Shown: one piece after another, positions 50,914 through 60,427 of the stretch
Layout: each line of letters opens with the position of its first letter
Position numbering within the stretch: the first letter of the stretch is position 1
Assembly: GCA_001244265.2 (NCBI GenBank)
Contig: CDLV01000010.1
Location: forward strand, 620,001-684,000
Direction of reading: 5' to 3'
From: Microbotryum violaceum
Lineage: Eukaryota
DNA length: 64,000 nt
Position numbers and translations under genes: made by a program
The notes under the pieces: generated by a model
The model's input: the letters and a program-made list of their open reading frames with translations, nothing else
The model's database searches: none
What the model was told of the DNA's origin: nothing

Positions 50914-52122
50914 ATGAACATGAACGGATCAACATCTGGCTCGACCGACGATTTGTTCAGCTTGGTCTTGAATTCCGATACGGCTTCTTCTTTTGGCGCT
51001 GCAACTGCTGGCGATGCACCTCTTTCAGTACAACAACATATCGAGCGCGTGGTGGGGCGGGCGCCCGACTCTTCTTAGGAACCTCAACCTCAAGCTCCAC
51101 TCACTCCAGCTCAACAGCTCGAAATGATGAACATGATGATAACGCTCCGATGGTAACGCTCCAGAAAATGAACAACAATTCGCTGCCATGGCTGCCAAAA
51201 TCGAAGCTCGCCGAGCCGATCTACGCTCAAATGAACAACGCGCGATGGCTTTCGGGCAGACGGATGCTAGGGTCGCGGCTGACAAACGAGGTCCAGCAGC
51301 AAATCTGGAGCTGATCAACTCTCACAACCTGGGTCTAGAGGAAACAGGTCAGTCTCGTCGATTCACGTTGGCCGTTTGCCGTCCCTTGTTCCGTGTCCCA
51401 TTGCTGATCTCTCGGCTCTCGCTTTCGTAGACTAGATCCGGGACAATATGTCTCGGGCTTACGTTAACGACTGGTCAAATCCCTTCAAATCCGGCTCGAC
51501 TCTTTCCACATCCTCAAGGGATCGAGCTCAACTCTTTTGCAGTCGTCGAGTCGCGCCTCGACCACCCGTCATCCAGCTCCCGCCGCGCCATTGCCCGACC
51601 CGGCTTTTAGCCGATCGACCTCGAGCGACGCAAGGACGACGCGATCATCTCCGGTACATGCGAATGATTGCAATGGGGGTGGTGGGCTCTTGACACCAGC
51701 GGCACGCTCGGCGCGTGGCCGGCTGAGTGGCGCTCAGCTAGGGCTCAAGAAATCCGCTACGCACGCCGCCTCCCCCTCCCCCGCCGAAGCGATGCAATTG
51801 ATGCCCACTAGTAAGGAGGAAAGCAGGAAGGGCAAGGGCGTGCAAATATTCGAAAGTGGGGAGCAAGCAGAAGAAGAGGAAGGCTGGGGGAAGAGCGCAA
51901 GTGTTGATCTGCCGGGACGACGACGACAAAGCGAGCGAGGATGATTCACCTTCGTCGGGACTTTCGGAATCAAATGCGGAGAGGCGTCAAGTTCAGGACA
52001 TCCTTGCGGGGAAGCAAAGGATTCAGGAGATGATTTTAAGTTCGGATCCGAAGAGGGATCAGAGGAGAAAACGTTACCTCCGCCACCGAACTTTGGTCCG
52101 AAGCGACAGCCAAGGCAGGTGA
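50914..52122 (+). pseudogene. Disrupted spliced ORF of unknown function, probably TE-associated
   Basis: Protein-like segments (MNMNGST.., MAAKIEARRADLRSNEQ.., RRQVQDILAGKQRIQEMI) are broken by stops and frameshifts. One clear GTCAGT..CTGAT..TAG intron (~51348-51430). Confidence 0.35.
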
Positions 52123-52177
52123 TTGAGCAGATGCAATCACTTGCCGACTCAAGGGATCATGCTACCGTTAGCTCTTC

Positions 52178-52317
52178 GACCGAACCTCCAGAAGATTTTA
52201 CTCGCTTTGCTGCCCCGCCTTGTCGAACGCGCCTTCGGAGGGGTTTTGACCGAACCTCCAGAAGATCTCACTCGCTTTGCTGCCCCGCCTTGTCGAACGC
52301 GCCTTCGGAGGGGTTTT
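52178..52317. repeat. 70-bp tandem duplication (2 copies, 2 mismatches)
   Basis: GACCGAACCTCCAGAAGAT..ACTCGCTTTGCTGCCCCGCCTTGTCGAACGCGCCTTCGGAGGGGTTTT at 52178 and 52248. Confidence 0.95.
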
Positions 52318-52929
52318 CCCCTCGACGCTCGGAACGAACCTCTCGTCCCCCACGGCCACGAGACTAACCATGCGTTGTAGACTAGCGAGTTCGGATTGAA
52401 ACTATAGACAATAACTCGTAACATGTACCAAATCTTGACTCTTGTGCGAGACAGAGACGATCGGCGCATCGGCGACACTGCGCGGCTGTCACTTTGTCAC
52501 TCGGACGAGGCCCAGCTTGGACGATCAATTCCAGCTAGCGAGCGATAGGGTATGATTTGAAAAGCTGTCACACTGCAAGGTTCTCTTCCGACCATCGAAC
52601 AGCCACCAAATATTTCCGCCGCGCCTCCTCAATCTCAAGAGCATTAGATTGGAAACCTTGAACTCGGATCTCTTCGAATAGCGCTGTCTTGGCTTCTTCG
52701 ACCAGCAGTTCGTCGCCGACTTCCGATCCTAGGACATGCTGATCGCCGTCTTGAAGGTAGGTGAGAACAGGCAGCAGCGTAGCCATCTCGGGCGATGGGA
52801 ACTGAAGGGGGACCGAAGCAGACGTAAAGCGCCGTCGTCAACTCTTAGCCACTCGACGACTCCCGAGGGTTGAACCACCCCAGAGTTGGAGAATTTTTTT
52901 CTTTCTTTCTCGCGGGCAGTGTTGTGTGA

Positions 52930-54610
52930 TTTTTTATTTTTTTTTCCTGCGCGCGCGCGATTCTCGTGTCCCCAAAGGCGCCTCATATACTTCATCAACA
53001 GCATGATTGTATTAATACCTAGAAATCTTCGGAAAGTCGGAGGGAATGCTGTTTCGTACACTGGCAGAAGCCAGTAGTGTAGGACTCATTGACCCTGCAT
53101 CAGGATCAACCATGCCTACTAAAACCCCCGTGGGTGGCTTACAGAGACGCAAGGCGACCCTTGGACTCCTGAATAGACCCCTCAAACTCCGTTTCGGTGA
53201 TCGGTTCCAAAAGATCCGACGAGAATCGACGACGGCGACAGAGCTTCCAGATCGAGTGAAAGAAGAGGACTCGTAGTTCGACAAGTCGACGTTCCGGGCG
53301 AGACACGACCGGGCATACAAAGTCCACAAAGACTGGGTGGGGGGTCGGGGACAGAGCAGACCAGAGGCGCCGGGCAATTGGGCAGCCGACCGCGAGGTGA
53401 ACCAGGCACTCGGGTGCTTCCGAGAGGCACATCACACAGGAGGTAGATCGATTGTTGGGGTGCGGGCTGGTTGGGGAGGCGAATTGGCTTCCCGGATGGA
53501 GGGACCCCAGGGAGAGAAGGTGGCTGGTATCCTCGGCGTCCGAGCGAACCCGGCGAACCTTGCGCAAAGCCTTCCACCAAGCGTTCCAGCGTTGCTCAGG
53601 CAGATCGAATACCTTCTGGTGTCCCTTGGGGAAGATAGGGGGGAAGATGAAGACTTGGTGGCGTTTGGACGCGTTCACAAACGAAGACGGGGTCATCACC
53701 TCGCCATCGGGCCCTCGAAAAAGCGTCGGGTTTACCGAGAGTTGTATTCCGTGGCCCGCTGGGAAATAGAGTACGTGCGTCGCCCATTGCTCTAGGTTCT
53801 GGCTCTTGGAGAGTTCCGGGGGATTGAGCGTGGTCACCAACGCCCAGGCTTCGAAGTATCGGACCCAACGAGTAGGAAGAAGTTTTGTCGTCTTTCTCTC
53901 CGCATGGTCCCACTTTGGGGGAGGATGGCAAAAGTATGCCCACCAGATCCAGATCCAAGGGCGATGATGCTGGTTGGGGGCTGGTCTGGACAAAGTGAAA
54001 GGGGTTGGTTCGTTCGGTGCCTCCAGGCGGATGCGGATGTCGAAGAGGTGGCGTGTGAAGCAGCCGTCCGGGGCCCGGAGCTGGAAGACCCACTTCGCGT
54101 GATCGATCGCTAGACGCCGAGGCAGACCAATCAAGCCGAAGCCGCCGTGATCGAGAGGGGTGCAGAGGCGCGACCGGGAGACCCTCGGACGTCACTGAGT
54201 ACCATCCGAAGCTCGACCGTGAATGGCGAGCATGACGACCTCCTCGATCTCCTTGACAACGCTCTTGGGGGCGGGGAGGAATCGGCTGTAGTACAGGATC
54301 TTTGTGTAGCAGTAGATGTTGATGACCGAACACTTGGCTGCATATGGGAGATCGTACATCGGAATTGAGCGTATCCGAGCGACGGTCGAGGCCTTGACAT
54401 CTTCCCAGCCCGCATCCTCGGCGATCTCCACCCCGACCTGAATACCAAGGTAGCGAAACTGCGAATCGCTGAGACCCGAGGTCCCGAGATCTGGGGCGAC
54501 CGGCCGATCCCGAAAAGCTCCAAGGGGGTAGAGAAAAGATTTGGGGTTGCTGAGCTTGCTGGCACTTGCCCGTTCGTAAAGCTCGATCGCCCGCTTAAAG
54601 CTCGACCTGA
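52930..54610 (-). mobile_element. 5'-truncated non-LTR retrotransposon (L1/Tx1-like LINE), ORF2 C-terminal part
   Basis: Post-YADD segment IELYERASASKLSNPKS, then QFRYLGI, PLDHGGFGL and the zinc knuckle CVMC...E.LVHLAVGC..A..LW, followed by HSIWK.CRR. One in-frame TGA at ~54192. A-rich tail at ~52930-52946. Confidence 0.88.
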
Positions 54611-54801
54611 CACCTGCGATCTGGGCCGGCGCGCATTCAGATGTTACTAAGTTGCCATATGTTCAAGCCTCGGCCATTGGCGACGGGACACGGACATGTG
54701 TGATCTTCTAACTTCGCGTGTTTGATTTTAATAGTATGTAGAAAAATTAAACAAATGATCCCCTCCTCGGTTCATTCAGCCTGAATGTCGGCGTCTCCGA
54801 G

Positions 54802-55635
54802 TCAGGCCATGGTGTTCCTCGGTCGATCCTCGGCCAATGCATCTTTCCCAAACGTCTTCTTGGCTTCACCTTGCGCAATCTTGGCATCGTTCTGGGTCAA
54901 CTTGCCGATGAGAACATCGGCGGAGCCGGAGATTTTCTCGCCTACCGAAGGCTTATGAGCCGTCTGGTCGTGGTCTGCGTCGAGTGATGAGGAATGGGAA
55001 TATTAACTTCAAGTGTGGAGGGGAAGAATTGATGTGCTTGTGAGTACGGCTTACGAGATCCGGTATGGTGGTGAGATCCAGTGTCTGTGGCTGGAAGTAA
55101 TGAAACAAGTCAGGCTTTGTTTGTGAAATATAGGACTCGGATGGAAGCCATCTCGTCACTACTAACTTCCGGCGCCGACCCCAGCTTGTCCGACGTGAGC
55201 ACCCGATGCAACTCTAGCGGATTCGTTCACGCCCGAGTTACCATGACCGTGGCCGTGAGGTTGAGGGTGGATGTTTGAGTGACCGTGGTCGGTGCCAGTG
55301 TATCCAGCGCCGAAGCCTCCGCCGTTGTTAGGGTTCTGCGATTGCTCGCCACTAAAGTGGTGCTTCAACTTCTCGACGGGGCCTTCGTTCGAGGGGTGGT
55401 GCGCCGTCTCGTGTTGAAGGCCTTGCGAGTGCCCGAGAGTGTTGTTGTGGTGAGCAACTCCCGAACTGTAGACTTTATGTTGGCCCCGGGCATCGTAGGA
55501 GCTGTCGACGTTGTGGTGGTGCTGGCCAGCAAACTCCCCGCCCTGACGTGGGGGTAGTGGCGCGCCACCTACTTGACCGGCTGCGGGAGGCGCTCCGTAC
55601 GCGGGCTGCTGCTGGTGGGGGTGGGTCAAGGTCAT
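54802..55635 (-). CDS. Small His/Gly-rich hydrophilic protein with CsbD/LEA-like C-terminus, 3 exons
   Basis: Start MTLTHPHQQQ at 55635, with introns GTTAGT..CTGAC..CAG and GTAAGC..GCAG. The last exon reads HKPSVGEKISGSADVLIGKLTQNDAKIAQGEAKK...MA*. Confidence 0.75.
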
Positions 55636-57016
55636 ATTGAAAGTTGCGACGGGGATTTGAGTTGAAGTAGTTGTAGTGGATGGAGGGGAAACTGGTGTTG
55701 TCGGAGGGAGGGGAAGAGAAGAGAGAGATGGATGCACAAGCTCGGGATAGAAGTTGGTGAGACTGAGGAGAGAAGTTCAAGCATCAGCAGGGAGCGTTAT
55801 GACGGTTTGCCTGTCGTTCCGATGTTCGGATGACTATGACGTACGCGGATCAACGTTCAACGGCTAGCGACGACCGCGTGCACGGCGCGTGAGCGCGGCG
55901 CAGGCGCCGCTCTTCCTTGAAAGGCTTTGAGACCGGGCCGAATGTGTTGTTAGTGCCCTACCTCCATGGAAGTACAGTATGTGGCAACCTGGGTACCCAA
56001 TGATTGGTTGCCAAGTGAGGTTTATAATCAAGCCGACTCGCTGTGCCCGTGTCACGGCAGAACGGCGATGATCATGTGCCAATAAACAGCAAATACCGCA
56101 GTGCCTGTGTGGCTTGTAACTACCTTGAAAACTCGGAAGCACGACTTCTGACTACTACGGCGGTCCTTTGAAAGTACTAAAAGCTGGTTGTAGGTACTTA
56201 CGTACCCAGCTGTGCCTGTCGAAGCACACGGTAGCCCAAGCCAGCGAACGATCGAAATATCCATTTATTTATTTATTTGATAGACTTCATTAACAGCATA
56301 ATTATACGGCGTCATGCTCGTCATGCTAACATGTACTCTCTGGGCCTGTTGGGTTCCAGCCGTTTTTGCAGCGTCGCTCGGCAGCGGCGCCCGAGCCCGC
56401 AAGGAGCAGTAGCGAAGAGCACTTGAAAGTCAAATTCCGGCTTGTCGAAGGCGAGCTAAGCACCGAAGATCGAACCCCTCGCCCAGAATATCGGCGTCAG
56501 TTCTTCCCTTGACTGCCATCTCCTGGTCGTATCACCGGATCTTCTCGAAAGCCGGTACTTAAGTGACGCTGTGAGAAGCATGCGAGCCATTCGCTCGTCA
56601 CTACTCGCTCAGGGATGCGGATATTTTGGTACCTAAGTCAGCTTTTAAGTGGTCACTCTTTTGTAGCGCATCGCATCAAGTGGGGTGCTCCATCTTCCAA
56701 ACGAGTGAGCCCGAGTCGGGGCACTCGATCGAAAACATATCAGGCCGCCGCGAGTTTCACGACCACACTGGGAAACCAAATGAGTGGCGAACTTCCAACC
56801 TCAGGGGGCTCTTCCAAATTCTACCAGTGTAGCTATCCAACGCTTACTGCTTTTTAATATATATATAGGGCACATTTGCTAGGCAGAGAATAGGTTAATT
56901 TACCGGCTCAGGACTTCTGTAACACAGTGTCCACTTTGTTTAGTAGATCTTTCTCAATTTCCTCGTAATTGCCCTGGGCATCCTCTTCTGCACCCTTGAT
57001 TGAATCCTTGATCCCG

Positions 57017-57172
57017 ATGGGGTCCTTATATGTGAAACCTTTGCCAAAATCTTGTACTGAAATGAAACTTTTGGGGATTTTGATACTTAAATCTGTCTCG
57101 GGATCGGTTAACTCAAAACCAAAGGAACCAAATGTTTTACTTAGTGTTTTGAGCTTGAATTTCCGCGCCAGT
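57017..57172 (-). pseudogene. NUMT fragment: mitochondrial group II intron maturase (domain X C-terminal part)
   Basis: AT-rich; LARKFKLKTLSKTFGSFGFELTDPETDLSIKIPKSF resembles the LA.K.KLKT..K.F..FG..L..P pattern of fungal mitochondrial intron RT/maturases. Confidence 0.65.
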
Positions 57173-57177
57173 CTTTT

Positions 57178-57282
57178 ATGCTTAAACTTAACCAAAAAGT
57201 TCAACTCGAATTTTGTATTGGTTTACATATTAAAGACTTATCTTTATTAATGAGTATTAAAGATTTTTTTGGTGTCGGTATA
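57178..57282 (+). pseudogene. NUMT fragment: LAGLIDADG homing endonuclease
   Basis: Very AT-rich; KLNQKVQLEFCIGLHIKDLSLLMSIKDFFGVG matches the V.L.F.I.LH.KD..LL..IK.FFGVG pattern of mitochondrial LAGLIDADG ORFs. Confidence 0.8.
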
Positions 57283-58083
57283 TATACTGATATGATTCGT
57301 GTTGGGCTGAGTGAGCGTCCGATAGGTCCTAGAGTTAATTTCATTTCGGAAGGGACAAGCGAGGAGAGGACCGGTGACGGCGGCCGGTGCCACAGAGCCT
57401 TCTAGCTCATTATTTCCAGCATCAGAAGTTCTGTTAACGAACCACTCAATCTGCCTGAGGCGGATCACACGACATCCCTAGAAGGTGTGAAGCGAAATAC
57501 TGCTAAAAATTGCGCTTCCACGATCCACGAACAGTGTATACGAACGAAGACATCGGCCAACGATCCTCTACTACACGCTCGTGCACAGATAACAAGTGCG
57601 GCAAGCAGCGTCAACACCGAAGCCGCTCCGGACAAAGACCCGCGGCATGTACAACTCCTGGTCGTCTCAGCTGCCGCAGATGAGGATGTTGAAAATGACC
57701 GCGACAATGTGGCCGAAACCACTGCGGCAAGTATGCTGCTGACCCCAACTGTCGATGCTGATGAGGTGAGGACGATTCCGCTAATGAGTTGACGGCGGTC
57801 GGATCTATCCCGTTCACCTTTGTCTCGAGATAAGCACGGCTGCTTGGCTCGCCGACACAGGTGACATTGGGCTCGAGCGCGGAACTACTGCTCGACTCAC
57901 CGAGACAGAGCACAATTGGCTCTAACGAGAGCTCGGGGTGAACGCCAGCGGAGGGAAGGAGTGATCGACTGCGCGTTGCGAGACGAAGCAAGTGTCAGTG
58001 GGTTTCCAGACGATTACAGCTTCTTTCGTCCCTGCATGTTGGAATCAACGATGTTCCCGAAATGATCAACAAAAGAAGAAGAA

Positions 58084-58155
58084 CGGCTGGGCCAGGAGTC
58101 GAACCTGGGTCGCTTCCATTAATCGGAAAAGCTTTGACCTCTAAGCTATCCGGCC
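58084..58155 (-). tRNA. tRNA-like gene or pseudogene, 72 nt, TTA at the anticodon position
   Basis: GGCCGGA TA GCTT AGAGGTCA AAGC T TTTCC GATTAAT GGAAG CGAC CCAGG TTCGACT CCTGG CCCAGCC G. D and T stems are perfect, A and B boxes are present, and TTCTTCTTCTTTT follows. The acceptor stem has two mismatches and U33 is absent. Confidence 0.7.
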
Positions 58156-59378
58156 CCCGATATCAGTGCAAGGTCTACTAACACCTTCAACACTTCCCCT
58201 TAGACCTTTGCACTGCTGCCAGGCTATTGCAACGCATCGAATCTTAAGTCCCAATTTGGACTCTGTGTCAAGCTTCTGCGGCAGCTCCGGCTGCTATTTG
58301 CAGCCTCATTGGAAGGATTTACATGATTGGTTCTATAATAGATCCTCAGACTGCATACGTGTGTACACAGGTGCATGACCGTGTATACTTCTCTCTGACT
58401 CATTCTGAGGCCTCTGCACGACATTGCACCTCTATATACCTTCGTGCACGCTCTGATCGAATCGGCCGTCCGCGACCTGCTCCGTTGCGAGACGTCTTCC
58501 TTTGCCCACTGCAGAGTGCACTGCGTCGATTCATCGAGAACGATGAGGGTGAGAACTGTGGTACTCGGGACCCCGTCGGAAGCAGCGGCTGTAGCGGGCC
58601 GGGTTCAAGAGTCATTTCGGTGGTAGCGGGGCCGAGTTCTGGAGTTGTTTCAAATTGTCAAGGTCAACACCGGTTCCGGCAGGATCAAAGTATGGTTTCG
58701 GCAGATTTCTCAGCGATAAAGTGCTCCCGGGTAAACTTAGTACTTCGATCACACAAGGATTGGCTGTCAGCGACGAGTTATGTGGCAAGCTTTGAATGGA
58801 AGACCGGGCCGGATGTGCGGATGAAGGGGTGAAGGGGAATGAAAAGAGCGCAGCGGTTTGAATGATCGGAACGTTTGAGGGGAGTTTGCTTCTTGTTCTT
58901 AGCTAGACCACTTCCAGGATCCAATACAGAGTCTTGCCCCCTCTCACTTTCTGCGTGTTTCAAGTCTCGTACGGGGCCGTCTCCAGTCTCAGCGGTTCGT
59001 TCTCGTTCTCGGTCTCGTTTCTCAGTTCTGCCCCTCCCCTTTCCCTTCCCTGTCTCTCGGCCGTTCCGGTCGCTCTCTCTCGTCTCCTTCGCGTTCAATC
59101 TCATCTTTTCCCCTATCTTATCATATTATCTTTGATCGACCGCTTTGCTATACCATAGAGCCCCAATACACTGTCAGTTAATGCATGCGGAGTGATCGCA
59201 GAGAGGTAGGAAAGTAGACTCATGACGAGTCAGCGACGGAACGAGAATACCTCTGAGAGACATGACAGGAATGTGATTCCCCGAGCAACCAAACACCTTC
59301 GCAAAGGGAGTAGGCTGAGATGGAGCCAAAGCGGGTCGACGCTCGTGTAGAACTCTTATCAACAATCTGAAATACCAG

Positions 59379-59435
59379 TTCACACCTGTGCATATAAATT
59401 CACACCTGTGCATATAAATTCACACCTGTACATAT
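59379..59435. repeat. 20-bp tandem repeat x ~2.8 (TTCACACCTGTGCATATAAA)
   Basis: Directly visible; followed by a TGCA-rich stretch to ~59630. Confidence 0.9.
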
Positions 59436-60427
59436 CGATGCACAGTGATGAACACGTATGCGTGCAGTTTCGGTGCCTCGGCTACGAATCATTCGAATGG
59501 CCGTGGATTGAGCACGGGATACTCTGGTTGGATTCCCCGCACATGCACTCCTTGCATGCCAGTGCACGGCAGTGCATATCTATGCAATCCAATAAGAGAT
59601 CCCATGAGACCCAGATGCACAGTGATGCATGTCGGTGAAAATGTACTTTGGAAATCGAATTACTCTTTCTGCAGCCTACGACCGGAATCTTCTCAAGCAT
59701 GCCTCTGAAGCTGAAGGTGTGCACTCAATCTAGATTCCACATTGGAGTACCCGGGGAATAGTCCTCATTTCTCCTCCTCTGAATCCCTGCGTCGGAGCTC
59801 TCGAGTCACGGTGAGCGCCGCACCGCAACCCAGTTCCGTGTGGGAGTTCGCGGTAAATCAAAGTGGAAACGAGGTCGTTCCAGCTCGAACAAAGCTGCTG
59901 GGGCAACAAACACTGTATCGATTGGGGCAATCGCGACTCTGGGATGATGCTCGGAGCTCAATCTTTTCGAAAGAGCTTGATTGACAAAGTATTCGGTCTC
60001 TCCGAGGAGTGGAGGATTGACGTCGGCGTGCGGGGCACGGTCTCCTGTCCGCAAATACGCTTCAGATCCGCGCCGCTTCGCGCTAGGCAGAGTTTGAAGG
60101 ACCAGAAGCGGTGGCGTTATCGATCTGACTCAAATACTACACGCGTCACACACTCTCAAGTCAGCGACCACCTCGCACACCTCTCTCTGTTCGGTTCTTG
60201 ATCAACTTGGATCTGCCTCTGTGGGGCCGTGCGCTCAACAGCTCTCCCTAGACAGTTCCTACAAACCCGGCCTATCGTTCCGCCTGCCCGGTCGATGCAG
60301 CCCATTCAGCAGGTGCCCCAGCCACATCTCATCCAACAACGTAATACACGCAGACAGACCTTGAGCCTGTGAATACATTGCAAACACTGCGAGGATCATG
60401 CGGTACGACAGGTGTTGCTGCCCCGGC

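Noticed and set aside
56263-56860. (TAAA)n tail suggesting a second LINE 3' end
   Set aside because: No RT or zinc-knuckle motifs are recognisable upstream on the minus strand.
58084-58155. Functional ochre-suppressor tRNA or altered genetic code
   Set aside because: It lacks U33 and has two acceptor-stem mismatches, and TAA is used as a normal stop in this window (TEL1, Pil1-like). Kept only as a tRNA-like element.
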